A DNA stretch of 64,000 bases from Bacteroidota bacterium (GTDB taxonomy: Bacteria > Bacteroidota > Bacteroidia > UBA4408), in assembly GCA_046297395.1 (NCBI GenBank), contig JBKCNM010000071.1, positions 2,255-66,254 on the forward strand, given 5' to 3'. A program made the translations under genes and the position numbers. Position 1 is the stretch's first letter. The number at the start of each line of letters is the position of its first letter. The notes under the pieces are model-generated. The model saw only the letters and a list, made by a program, of their open reading frames with translations. It was not told the origin of the DNA and did not search any database. Positions 1 through 9,643 of this stretch are shown one piece after another.

Positions 1-773
1 CACTGGTAAACAAGAGAATTCCGAATGCATCTATTTTGCAATACAGTCTTTCAGATATTCAGGATTTGAATGAGGCTGTAATTTCAGGCAAGGGTCCGGA
101 TGTATCAAAAGTGAGTTTTGCAGCCCTGCCACACATTTTATCTGATTACCAGTTATTGGATGTAGGAGCAGCCATGGGATATGGTAACGGACCACTGCTC
201 ATTTCAGCTTCCGCGAATTTCCCCATGGAAGGTATCAATGCCAATACCCCTATCGCCATTCCGGGAATGAACACCACTGCCAATGCTTTGCTGAGGCATG
301 CACTTGGAAATGAGTTGACGGTTGTTCCCATGCTTTTTTCCGAAATCGAGGATAAGGTGGCAAGGAAAGAGTTTCCTCTTGGCCTGATCATTCATGAAAA
401 CAGATTTACTTACGCACGCAAAGGACTCTTCCTATGTTTGGATTTAGGTGCGCATTGGGAGAAAACCACCGGCCTGCCTGTCCCATTGGGGGCCATTGTC
501 ATCAAGCGATCACTCCCGGATGCTGTAAAAAAAAGTTTTTGCCAACTATTGAGAAAGAGCATTCAGTATGCTTTTGATTTCCCCGAAACAAGCAATCAGT
601 TTGTTGCACAACATGCACAGGAAATGGATGCGGAGGTATGCAAACAACATATTGCCCTTTATGTGAATAGTTTCTCTCTTTCCATGGGCGAAAAAGGAAT
701 GGAAGCTGCAAGGGTGTTGTTAAAACTTTTGGGATATGATGCAGACTTCGAAAAAGATTGTGTGTTTGTTTGA
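1..773 (+). CDS. mqnD: 1,4-dihydroxy-6-naphthoate synthase MqnD (futalosine menaquinone pathway); 5' end lies outside the window
   Basis: Frame is open from the window edge (LVNKRIPN...). MqnD motifs: DIQDLN, KVSF, GAAMGYGNGPLL, IAIPGMNTTA, GLIIHENRFTY, DLGAHWE..TGLPVPLG, HIALYVNSFS. Confidence 0.9.
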   Translation, partial: LVNKRIPNASILQYSLSDIQDLNEAVISGKGPDVSKVSFAALPHILSDYQLLDVGAAMGYGNGPLLISASANFPMEGINANTPIAIPGMNTTANALLRHALGNELTVVPMLFSEIEDKVARKEFPLGLIIHENRFTYARKGLFLCLDLGAHWEKTTGLPVPLGAIVIKRSLPDAVKKSFCQLLRKSIQYAFDFPETSNQFVAQHAQEMDAEVCKQHIALYVNSFSLSMGEKGMEAARVLLKLLGYDADFEKDCVFV

Positions 774-814
774 GTTTGCTTTCACATCATTTAAAACCAA
801 AAAAAAGGCCGGTC

Positions 815-1132
815 TTATACCGTGGAAGGCAAAGCCATTTCCATGCTAAAGGAGTTGAGTATCTTGTATCTGGCTAGGATATTGGCTTGATCTGTGATTG
901 ATACATGCTCTTTAAATTTGACCAATTCTTTTTGATGAGACCACCTCTATTCAGTCCTGCCATCAAGGGTGAATGAATAAAATGAAAGTGGTTTCTGATC
1001 TTTTTCAAGACTACTGCTTTTTCCAATAACAAAAACAATAAGCAGTAGAACCAACAAAAGTTTTCTATCCAACTGTATGGTTTTTTTCCTAATGAGTTTG
1101 AAGGATATCAATAATTTTTTTTGCCCATACAA
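815..1132 (-). pseudogene. Probable remnant of the N-terminus of a secreted protein, with an in-frame TAG at 947-949
   Basis: ORF 947-1132 has a signal-like hydrophobic stretch (KLLLVLLLIVFVIG). Reading through the TAG gives 43 more sense codons (RWSHQKELVKFKEHVSITDQANILARYKILNSFSMEMALPSTV) to a TAA at 815-817. Confidence 0.4.
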
Positions 1133-1331
1133 TGGTCGGGCAATGAGGTGATTATTCAGAAGGGTTTGTCTACGAAATAATTGAGGTTTACTCTCTATTC
1201 GTCAAGAAGTATTGTCAACAATGATTTGGCTTTTGCAAAAAGTCAATCATCAAATTCGAGCCCGGTATAGGGCTTCATGGAAGAGTTTGAATCCTGCTTT
1301 GAGCAGGAGAACTTTGCGTGTAATCAGTCAA

Positions 1332-2078
1332 TTATTTTCCGTCCCAAAGCTTCATGCCAATGGTGAGGAAAATACTGATGGCATTGTTCTTTACAGGTTT
1401 GGGCTGGATTGTTTCCGAGTTTAGATACACCGCAGGATTTTCTCTCAAATCCACAAGGCCAAAATTGTAGCGTGCATCCAGGCCAATGTAGTACTTGTTT
1501 AGAAGACAGTATGATACGCCTGCACCTGCTACTAAACTAAAATCAACTTTGTTGTAAGAGGTTGTGTTGTTGGTTCTGATTTCACTGCTGAAAGAAGTGT
1601 CGCGCCCGTTGATCTTTCCTGTGGTGGATGAATTGGTAAGAAGGCTGGTATAATGTGCTGCCATTCCGGAGATACCAAGACCAACATAGGGATTCAACGA
1701 GGAAGAGTCTCCAAGAATATGATAGTTGAGCATGAGTGGCATTTCAAAATACCTGAAATCCTGACGGTAGTTTTTAGTGACAGATAAACTTGAGAGAGAA
1801 TCGGAGGTGCTGTATTTGCCCCCGCGTACATTGTTGATTACATCAAACGAAACTGAAAATTTATTGTTGACAGCATACTTGATAAAAACACCACCGCCTG
1901 TGCCGTTTACGCCACCTTCTTTTTTTCCATTGGAGACATTAGATTCTAACCCACTCATGTTGGCCAGAGTATAAGACCCGCGAGCACCGAAGGTAAATCC
2001 TTGAGCGAACACATTTCCCACACCTAATGCGGTGAGGCATAAAAGAAGCAGTGATTTTTTCATGTTATTGCTATTCAT
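1332..2078 (-). CDS. Outer-membrane beta-barrel protein (PorT / OMP_b-brl_2-like)
   Basis: Signal peptide (MKKSLLLLCL..AQ; start may be 2063), alternating beta-strand pattern, YFEMPLMLNY, PYVGLG, LDARYNFGL.D motifs. Confidence 0.8.
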   Translation of the reverse strand: MNSNNMKKSLLLLCLTALGVGNVFAQGFTFGARGSYTLANMSGLESNVSNGKKEGGVNGTGGGVFIKYAVNNKFSVSFDVINNVRGGKYSTSDSLSSLSVTKNYRQDFRYFEMPLMLNYHILGDSSSLNPYVGLGISGMAAHYTSLLTNSSTTGKINGRDTSFSSEIRTNNTTSYNKVDFSLVAGAGVSYCLLNKYYIGLDARYNFGLVDLRENPAVYLNSETIQPKPVKNNAISIFLTIGMKLWDGK

Positions 2079-2108
2079 ACTTGCAAAGAAACAATTTTTT
2101 ATGAAATA

Positions 2109-4832
2109 TCAGAAGCCCTGTTTGATTTTGATAAAACCCCGGTACTCCCATACAATTCCGTTGTACAGCCCAATTAAATAGGAGCCGGGCTTGAGTTGAG
2201 AAATATCCACTGTATGCTCCCCGTTTCCACTCATCAGGTTTCCTCCATCAAGCGTATGTATTCTATAGCCTTTACAGGATTTGGGTAAAAACAACCTGTC
2301 ATTGGCCGGATTGGGATAGATGTTGAGGAGATGTTTTTTTTCTGAAACAGATGGTGTGATGAGACCGTTGTATTGAATCTGAGAAGCATCAGCTGCTATT
2401 TGCAACGCAGTGGGATTGTTGCCGGCGAGGATCGAGAAAGCAATACACAGGCTGTCCTGAGGAGCCAGCATAAATGGACCACCACTTACCACATGGCCTA
2501 TGTCGTTCCCTGAACCCGAATTGCCTGCAGAGGGTCTGTTGTTTGAAAGGACAAATAACTTTTCCTGCTCCGAAAATCCGTCCCCAAGATTTACGCCCCC
2601 GTTTCCACCTGAAACGAGGTCTATGGCATAATGATGAAATTCTTGAGAAGAAAGGAGTTTGATACCTGCATACATACCGCCTGATTCATTGCTGAAAGCA
2701 TAGCCCATTTTTCTGCTATTGTCTGTTTGTACGCTGTTCAATGCATAATTCATGATGTCCCAGTCAGCGAAAAGTCCGGCGTAAAGCGAATCGTAGGTAT
2801 TGGTGCTATGATTGCGCAGGGTATATTCCAAAACAACATATCCATTGTTTGCAGGATCACTCCATGCATAGGCTTGCTGTCGAACGCTGAGGCCGAGCAA
2901 ACCCGTACCTGCACCGGAATCATCAAATACTCCTTTTACATCAAAGTCTGATACCACAGAGGGTTCTGTTCGGGAAACAGTTTGCACGGCATTCCAATCA
3001 GCATCGGCAGCTCCTGCTGAACTTCTGATTCTATTCATCACCTGTCCCCCGGAATTACCTACCATCAATCCGCCCTCATAAAGCAAACTGGGGGAGCCAT
3101 TCAGTGTAACTCCTATGCCTAAGGGCTGGGAAAATGAATTGTACCCAAACAGTCCTTTGCTTGCCACGGATATTCCCAAACTATTGACTTGTACATTGAT
3201 GTAATCAACATTCACAATAACCTTTGCATACTCTCTGTCCAGGTATCCATTGGTATCTGTGATAACATATTTCAGAAGCGCTTCATGATTGATTGGCGCA
3301 CCCGGAAGGATACGAAAGCGAAACAATTGATTTTGGTTGCTGCATGTGTCCATGTTGCCCGGACTGCCTGCATTGAAAACACTGTCGAGGATTTCAACAA
3401 AGCCCGACATGGATCGAAGAACGATGTTTAGTCCTGCACTTGAATCAAGGTCATTAACAAAAGTGCTCAGAAGTTGCAGGGTATCTCCCTCTTCAAATAC
3501 ATTATCTGCATTGTCTGAGAATTGCTCCGAGAGCAATCTTATTGATGGTCCGGGATTTGGCTGCAGCGCACGAAAAAGATTTACCCTTCCTCTTCCCAGG
3601 AATCCGGCGGCTGAAGCATTTCCGGGAATGGTATCAATATTGTCGCATCCATTTTTTATCCTGGCAGCCCATTGCAGAGGCCCTTCCTGAGGAAAATAAG
3701 AAGCTACGATTCCGGCACAACCGGATACAGCAGGAGCGGACATCGATGTGCCGGAAGAGGCTGTGTAAACATTTCCGTTCCATGTTGAATAGATGTTTTC
3801 ACCGGGAGCACATACATCCACCCGGGTACCGAAATTGGATAGCGTCCAACGCGTATCCGTTTGGTTGCTTGCAGCAACACTCAGTACATCTCTGTAGCTC
3901 GCAGGATAAAAGTCACGCAGGAGTCCGTTGTTTCCAGCAGAAGCAATGACCAGGGATTGTTTTTCATAGGTTGCATAGGATACCACATCCTGACCATACT
4001 CTCCACCTGACAAACTTCCCCAGCTGCAATTGATGATTTTACATCCATGATCGGCTGCATAAATGATGCCGTCATAGGCACTCGTGAGTACACCAAATGA
4101 GTCTGCAATTTTGATGGGAAGAAGTTTGCAATGAAAGCCCGTTCCTGCAATGCCAAGGGCATTGTTTGTTACGGCACCTGCAATCCCTGCTACATGCACC
4201 CCGTGGTAACAGGTGGCACATGGGTCTGAACTTGGATTGTTATCATTCATCGAACAATCCCAACCTCTGAAGTTGTCTATGTAACCGTCATTGTCATTGT
4301 CAATTCCATCAGGCATGTCATTGTAATTTATTTTTACGCTGCCTGCCAAATCTTCATGCGTAAATTCAAATCCGGTATCTGTAATGCCTATCACTATGTT
4401 CGTATCACCTTGTGAGATATCCCATCCCTCATACATTCTCATTAGGCCTAGATGATATTGTTGCGCAGTGGACGGATCATTGGGATTAAAACATGAATAT
4501 ACCAAAGGAATAGGTTCAACCACTTCGAAATAGCCGGTTTTTAAAAGCAACTTTTGTGCATCGATCAAATTTTTACCGGGCCTAAGTTGGATTTTGTACC
4601 ACCGCGATAACTTCTGTGCATATACTCCCCGTGCATTCGATTTTTCGGGATGCTGCTGTTTCACCGAAAGGATCATTTCATCCAGCAGGGTTCCCTGCAT
4701 CAGCGTGGAAAATTCTCCTGCAATATTGTTTTTTAGTCTCGCATGCAGCGCATCCGGAAGGGTATCTGCATAATTCTTTTCCAAGCCAAGACAAAGTAAA
4801 AGCAGGAAAATGACAAAGCTTGATTTCTTCAT
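2109..4832 (-). CDS. S8 (subtilisin-like) serine peptidase with T9SS C-terminal sorting domain
   Basis: Catalytic triad motifs ITDTG, HGVHVAG, SGTSMSAP; oxyanion ASAGN; DGIDNDNDGYID Ca-loop; C-terminal IYPNPA...G.Y.I.. Confidence 0.93.
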   Translation of the reverse strand: MKKSSFVIFLLLLCLGLEKNYADTLPDALHARLKNNIAGEFSTLMQGTLLDEMILSVKQQHPEKSNARGVYAQKLSRWYKIQLRPGKNLIDAQKLLLKTGYFEVVEPIPLVYSCFNPNDPSTAQQYHLGLMRMYEGWDISQGDTNIVIGITDTGFEFTHEDLAGSVKINYNDMPDGIDNDNDGYIDNFRGWDCSMNDNNPSSDPCATCYHGVHVAGIAGAVTNNALGIAGTGFHCKLLPIKIADSFGVLTSAYDGIIYAADHGCKIINCSWGSLSGGEYGQDVVSYATYEKQSLVIASAGNNGLLRDFYPASYRDVLSVAASNQTDTRWTLSNFGTRVDVCAPGENIYSTWNGNVYTASSGTSMSAPAVSGCAGIVASYFPQEGPLQWAARIKNGCDNIDTIPGNASAAGFLGRGRVNLFRALQPNPGPSIRLLSEQFSDNADNVFEEGDTLQLLSTFVNDLDSSAGLNIVLRSMSGFVEILDSVFNAGSPGNMDTCSNQNQLFRFRILPGAPINHEALLKYVITDTNGYLDREYAKVIVNVDYINVQVNSLGISVASKGLFGYNSFSQPLGIGVTLNGSPSLLYEGGLMVGNSGGQVMNRIRSSAGAADADWNAVQTVSRTEPSVVSDFDVKGVFDDSGAGTGLLGLSVRQQAYAWSDPANNGYVVLEYTLRNHSTNTYDSLYAGLFADWDIMNYALNSVQTDNSRKMGYAFSNESGGMYAGIKLLSSQEFHHYAIDLVSGGNGGVNLGDGFSEQEKLFVLSNNRPSAGNSGSGNDIGHVVSGGPFMLAPQDSLCIAFSILAGNNPTALQIAADASQIQYNGLITPSVSEKKHLLNIYPNPANDRLFLPKSCKGYRIHTLDGGNLMSGNGEHTVDISQLKPGSYLIGLYNGIVWEYRGFIKIKQGF

Positions 4833-6172
4833 TTCTTGTTTATTTGAATAAGCAATTTTTTTCTGACATCCTTTGGTGCCAAAGCCCTTGCATCATTTCT
4901 GAAAAAGGGTACCGAGAGGATTTGATTTTCTTTGCAGAGCAGGGGCAATTGGCTTCTTGTAAATTGGTCTATTCCCAGATTGGAAAAAAAATCGCTCAAC
5001 AATACTCTCCCTTTTCCGTTTTCCGGATAAAAGTAATCTCCCTTTTTCCATGTTCTTATTTCCAGAGGGAAAGAAACTTTTTTTATATCTAAGGAGAGCA
5101 TCCAACTTTTCTCTAGTTCGTTTGAGGTTTTGATGGTTGAGACTACCCTGAATTGATAGTTTCCAAGCAAAAGAGGTTCCTGGTCTGATATCCATAACAC
5201 TGAAACAAACGGATGTTCATCTTGTTCAGAGAGCAGGTTGCCCTTGTACAAGAGGGCTTTTCTGCCTTTTAATACCCAGCTTTTTCCACTGCTTTTATTT
5301 TTCAGTGCAGTCTGAATCTCTTCTGATTGAGAAGCATTGAAACCCAGGTGATGCAGAAAACCGGTAATCAAATAGGAATTGCTCTTGCAATACTCGGCAA
5401 ACGCTGCCAGTCTGAAACCACTGCTGATTTCATCTTTGAATGTAAAACGCTCCAAGCAATCGTTGAACCACTGTTCCTCAATCGCCGAAGAAGTTCTCAA
5501 GGCATGCAGTGTGTGTATGAGTCCTTTGAGATAATCAGGCTGTCTCTCAGCAAGTAGAGGAAAAATACGATGTCGAAAAAAATTCCGCATGTATTTTTGC
5601 TCGCTGTAGCTGCTGTCCTCGCAATAGGGTATCTTGTTTTTTGCTGCAAAATTTTTGATTTCCGATGAAGAGTATTGCAAAAATGGCCTGATTATACGGC
5701 TGTTTTCCTGAAGCATGCTGCTCAGCGCTTTTGATCCTGCTCCCCTAATGGCAAACATAAAAAAACTCTCTGCAAGATCATCCGCATGATGGGCTGTAAG
5801 TAAATGAGTGTAGTTGTATTTTTTTTGCAAGGACTGAAAAAAATCATACCTGATGGTCCTTGCCGCTTGCTGGAGATTGCCTGATTTTTCCTTTATCTTA
5901 TTTCCGGCATTCAGCAGATGAAGGGTAATTTCATTTTGCTTGCAATACGCTTCCACCACTTGCTGGTCTCGGTCTGATTCATCACCTCTTAGTCTGTAAT
6001 TTACATGTGCCGCTGCAACAGGGAGTCCGCTTTTGTTCATCAGATGAAGCAATACCATACTATCTGCACCTCCGCTTACGGCCACCAGAAAACGGGCATC
6101 AATGAGATGGCCACCCAGGCAATGAACCAGATTGCCGGGTTCCGTGAAGTTTTCTAATCCGGATTTTTTCAT
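4829..6172 (-). CDS. tilS: tRNA(Ile)-lysidine synthetase TilS
   Basis: PP-loop VAVSGGADS, HVNYRLRG.ESD.D, ARTIRY, TAHHADD, RPFL, RN..RH.I.P; C-terminal TilS_C (R.WKKGD.F.P). Confidence 0.93.
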   Translation of the reverse strand: MKKSGLENFTEPGNLVHCLGGHLIDARFLVAVSGGADSMVLLHLMNKSGLPVAAAHVNYRLRGDESDRDQQVVEAYCKQNEITLHLLNAGNKIKEKSGNLQQAARTIRYDFFQSLQKKYNYTHLLTAHHADDLAESFFMFAIRGAGSKALSSMLQENSRIIRPFLQYSSSEIKNFAAKNKIPYCEDSSYSEQKYMRNFFRHRIFPLLAERQPDYLKGLIHTLHALRTSSAIEEQWFNDCLERFTFKDEISSGFRLAAFAEYCKSNSYLITGFLHHLGFNASQSEEIQTALKNKSSGKSWVLKGRKALLYKGNLLSEQDEHPFVSVLWISDQEPLLLGNYQFRVVSTIKTSNELEKSWMLSLDIKKVSFPLEIRTWKKGDYFYPENGKGRVLLSDFFSNLGIDQFTRSQLPLLCKENQILSVPFFRNDARALAPKDVRKKLLIQINKK

Positions 6173-6211
6173 CGCTTAGGTCATTCTTTGATGGTCTTTT
6201 TATGCAGGTAT

Positions 6212-6219
6212 CAAAGATA
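6212..6219 (-). promoter_or_regulatory. Bacteroidota -7 promoter element (TATCTTTG) for tilS
   Basis: Exact TAnnTTTG match about 40 bp upstream of the tilS start. Confidence 0.5.
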
Positions 6220-6290
6220 AATATTAGGGGAATCTCTTTTTTTGTTTCTCTGCTTGAGCGAAAAAATATCCTGAGAATAATTTTTCCGGT

Positions 6291-7442
6291 TTATTCATTT
6301 TCCTGCATAAAAAACAACAGTTTATCCATGGGAAGGATGGCTACATGATGATAATAGAAGTGAATGATTTCAAAAGCTGTATATCCTTTTTTCGCCATGC
6401 TGATGGCCCCCTCCTGACACAATCCTATACCATGGCCGAAACCCCTTCCGGAAAGTGTAATTTTTTCTCCATCTAGTCTCGTTGTAAAAAAAGCAGATTT
6501 AAGATTCATGTCGCGTCTGATTTCCATAAACGGTATCTTTTTGTTTTCACCAAAAATAAATTTTAATCTTTTTTTTTCGCCGTTTGCAAATAGATTGAGC
6601 AATGCGCTTGTATCACTTACAGATGTTTTTAGCATCAGGTAATTGAGCCATTTTTCCTTGCTGATTTCTTTGGTCCATTTTGCATTTTTTGATTCCAGAC
6701 AGAAACTGTCTGTGATGGATTTTAATCCATCCGATTCACTGTTCCAAACATCTTTGGGGTCACAGGTTTGTCCCCCGCAATTGCTGTGAAATGCAGCGGT
6801 AATCAGCTCCATTTTTTCAGAGGTTACCACCAGTCCCTCCGTAGATTCAACCGCTTTTTTTACATCCTCGTTTCCCGCGGGCACGCCCTTGTAAACCTGA
6901 CAATGCTCCTTGTCGCAAAGATTAAATCCTTCTGTTTCATGTCTGCGCAAATGTCCCAATGCATAGGTACGGCAAAGGATGGCTTGCACTTTGTAAAACT
7001 CATTTGGCATCATCATGCCTGCTTCTGCCTCAACAACCCCCGGCAGATAAGCTTCAAGCGGCAAACGATTGATTATTCGCAGGTAACAATAATAGGGTTT
7101 GAATTGAATGTTTCCCGGATAAATGCCTGCGCGTGTATCAAAACCTGTAGCTTTTATTTTGCATGCGCCCCGTGATTCTTGTTCAAAAGTGATTCGGCCA
7201 AATTTGCCAATGGTATCTAGTTCACAAATGAGGTAAAGTGAATCTTCTGCAACCTGTATCTGGAAAAAAACATTGGGCGGAAATCCGGATAGATTTCTTT
7301 CATCTGCATGGATAAGAAATGATCCGTTGGTAGGAAAAACTTCCACTGATTGTAGTTTTTCCAAGGGCATAACCCGGATGTCTATTCCCCTGACAAGTTG
7401 AAAAGAAAGCATTAAAATCAGGGTTATTTTTTGTGCTGACAT
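6291..7442 (-). CDS. SpoIID/LytB-domain lytic transglycosylase
   Basis: INRLPLEAYLPGVVEAE, KVQAILCRTYA, CQVYKG, FHSNCGGQT, GRGFGHGIGLCQEGA, IIHFYY. Confidence 0.9.
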   Translation of the reverse strand: MSAQKITLILMLSFQLVRGIDIRVMPLEKLQSVEVFPTNGSFLIHADERNLSGFPPNVFFQIQVAEDSLYLICELDTIGKFGRITFEQESRGACKIKATGFDTRAGIYPGNIQFKPYYCYLRIINRLPLEAYLPGVVEAEAGMMMPNEFYKVQAILCRTYALGHLRRHETEGFNLCDKEHCQVYKGVPAGNEDVKKAVESTEGLVVTSEKMELITAAFHSNCGGQTCDPKDVWNSESDGLKSITDSFCLESKNAKWTKEISKEKWLNYLMLKTSVSDTSALLNLFANGEKKRLKFIFGENKKIPFMEIRRDMNLKSAFFTTRLDGEKITLSGRGFGHGIGLCQEGAISMAKKGYTAFEIIHFYYHHVAILPMDKLLFFMQENE

Positions 7443-7448
7443 GCCTCC

Positions 7449-8561
7449 TTAGTACACAGTCTTTTTTCTGGATAGTTTTTCCACTACAATTCTTGCTGCA
7501 CGAGCAGATGCACCGGTGCTTCCCAGTTTTTCAATCAAGTTTTCATATTGCTCCAGCATGTTCCGGCGAGCGTTTCCGGATTCTATATTTTTGAGCGATT
7601 CAGTAAGGGAATGTACGGTCAGCTCATGCTGGATAAGCTCTTTTACCACAGGTGCTTCCATGATCAGATTCACCAAAGAGATGTATGGGATTTTTATGAG
7701 ATTTTTGGCCAGCAAATAGGATATATGGTTGCCTTTGTAACAAACCACCTGTGGAACTTTAAACAAGGCGGTTTCTAAGGTAGCAGTGCCTGAGGTAACG
7801 GCTGCCAATGATGCCATATTAAGCAGTTCATAGGTTTTGCCATAATGGATTTCCGCAGTGTGATTTTTTAAAAATGGAATATAAAAATCTTTGTCAATGG
7901 CAGGCGCACCGGCAATTACCACCCTGTATTCAGGAAATCCATCTGCTGCTTTCAGCATGAGCGGAAGCATCTTTTGTATTTCCTGTTTTCTGCTACCCGG
8001 TAGAAGTGCAAGAATGGCTTTATCGGATTTTTTGTTTTCTGTTTGCTTTTCCCGAAACTGAGCGATGGCATCCAGGAGGGGATGTCCTACATAATCAACA
8101 GGGAAATCAAATGCTGCATAAAACTTTTTTTCAAAGGGCAGTATAACCAGCATCTTGTCAACTACCTGACGGATGATTTTTACCCTTGAGGATTTCCAAG
8201 CCCATACCTGAGGGGATATATAATAAATCACAGGGAATCCTTTGCTCTTGATAAACTTTGCCATCCTCAGATTGAAGCCCGGATAATCAATCAGCACAAC
8301 TCCATGCGGGCGATAAGCCACAATGTCTTTTTTACAGAATGCCAATAATTTTTTTATGGTCTGAAGGTTGTTTAGTACTTCCCACAAGCCCATAAATGCT
8401 AGGTTTCTGATATGAATTACCTCATAGGCTCCTGCTTCCTTCATCAAGTCGCCTCCCCACACCCTGAATTCAGCCTTGGGATCCAGCTTGGTGATTTCTT
8501 TTATCAAATTCGAACCATGTAAATCACCTGATGCCTCTCCGGCAATGATATAATACTTCAT
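7449..8561 (-). CDS. lpxB: Lipid-A-disaccharide synthase LpxB
   Basis: IAGEASGDLHG, IDYPGFNL, YYISPQVWAW, ILPFEK, VGHPL, LLPGSR, SGTATLE. Confidence 0.97.
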   Translation of the reverse strand: MKYYIIAGEASGDLHGSNLIKEITKLDPKAEFRVWGGDLMKEAGAYEVIHIRNLAFMGLWEVLNNLQTIKKLLAFCKKDIVAYRPHGVVLIDYPGFNLRMAKFIKSKGFPVIYYISPQVWAWKSSRVKIIRQVVDKMLVILPFEKKFYAAFDFPVDYVGHPLLDAIAQFREKQTENKKSDKAILALLPGSRKQEIQKMLPLMLKAADGFPEYRVVIAGAPAIDKDFYIPFLKNHTAEIHYGKTYELLNMASLAAVTSGTATLETALFKVPQVVCYKGNHISYLLAKNLIKIPYISLVNLIMEAPVVKELIQHELTVHSLTESLKNIESGNARRNMLEQYENLIEKLGSTGASARAARIVVEKLSRKKTVY

Positions 8562-8584
8562 AATATAAAAGCAGAATAGATCTA

Positions 8585-9283
8585 TTAATTGATGTGCGCA
8601 ATCATTTTTGCAAATCCTGTAAAAAGCATCCTTCCATCTGTATTTCTGCTCTCAGAAGTGCCTGCTCTCTCGGGATGTGGCATCATTCCGAATACATTTT
8701 TTTCTGCATTACAAATACCAGCAATGTTTAATAAGGATCCGTTTGGATTTGAGGATTCACTCTCCGCTCCGTTTTCATCGCAATAGGTAAGAATAATTTG
8801 TTCGTTCCGCTGCATCGTTTGAATTGTTTTTTCATCTGCATAAAACCTGCCCTCGCCGTGTGCAATAGGGATTTTTAGGATTTTTCCTTCAGGAACTTCC
8901 GAGGTAAAAGGATTGTTCCTGGAGTGGGTTTTTAACCACATATTTTTACAGATAAATTTATTGGATGTATTATGCAGCAAGGCTCCCGGAAGCAAATGGG
9001 ATTCACATAAGATTTGAAACCCGTTGCATATGCCTATCACTATACCACCCTCCGAGGCATGTCTGTTAACTTCTTCCATGATTGGAGAAAATCTTGCAAT
9101 GGCACCGCTTCTTAAATAATCACCATAGGAGAATCCGCCGGGTAAAATAAGTACATCGCATTTCTTCAAGTCTTTTTCTTTGTGCCAAAGAAGGGTTGCT
9201 TGGAATCCCATGACACTCGAAAGAAAATAAAGCATGTCCTGGTCGCAGTTGGAGCCCGGAAATTGTATGATACCGAATTTCAT
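8585..9283 (-). CDS. purQ: Phosphoribosylformylglycinamidine synthase subunit PurQ
   Basis: FPGSNCD, LPGGFSYGDYLRSG, GICNGFQIL, PIAHGEG, NPNGS, GMMPHPER. Confidence 0.97.
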   Translation of the reverse strand: MKFGIIQFPGSNCDQDMLYFLSSVMGFQATLLWHKEKDLKKCDVLILPGGFSYGDYLRSGAIARFSPIMEEVNRHASEGGIVIGICNGFQILCESHLLPGALLHNTSNKFICKNMWLKTHSRNNPFTSEVPEGKILKIPIAHGEGRFYADEKTIQTMQRNEQIILTYCDENGAESESSNPNGSLLNIAGICNAEKNVFGMMPHPERAGTSESRNTDGRMLFTGFAKMIAHIN

Positions 9284-9307
9284 GTGTATGAAGATGTTTT
9301 CAATTTT

Positions 9308-9640
9308 TTAGGTTTTACCAAAGAATCTTCCTGTATAATAAACCAAAAGAAGCATGAATCCGCTGGCAAACAGCCCGGCAGAATAGGGCCTGAACTGCCA
9401 GCCAAAAAATTCACCGGTCATCCATAATGAATTGGCGCTTATCCAAAGCATGACAGCAAGATTATGCATGAGTTCGCTGTAAATATTTCGGCTCCACCAG
9501 GTGAGCAGCGCCGCAAGAAAAAAGGTGGGTAAAATCATGAACATCCCCATCCATCGGAATTCCATTGCCCAGCATGCATCCTTTAACAACCAGAAAAGGA
9601 TGTGAAGATTTTCTCTTTTTTTTAACCTGATGGAATCCAA
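9308..9640 (-). CDS. Small hypothetical membrane protein (about 4 TM helices)
   Basis: 110 aa, hydrophobic, ENLHILFWLLKD..W motif; fills the gap between co-oriented genes. Confidence 0.75.
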   Translation of the reverse strand: MDSIRLKKRENLHILFWLLKDACWAMEFRWMGMFMILPTFFLAALLTWWSRNIYSELMHNLAVMLWISANSLWMTGEFFGWQFRPYSAGLFASGFMLLLVYYTGRFFGKT

Positions 9641-9643
9641 AAC

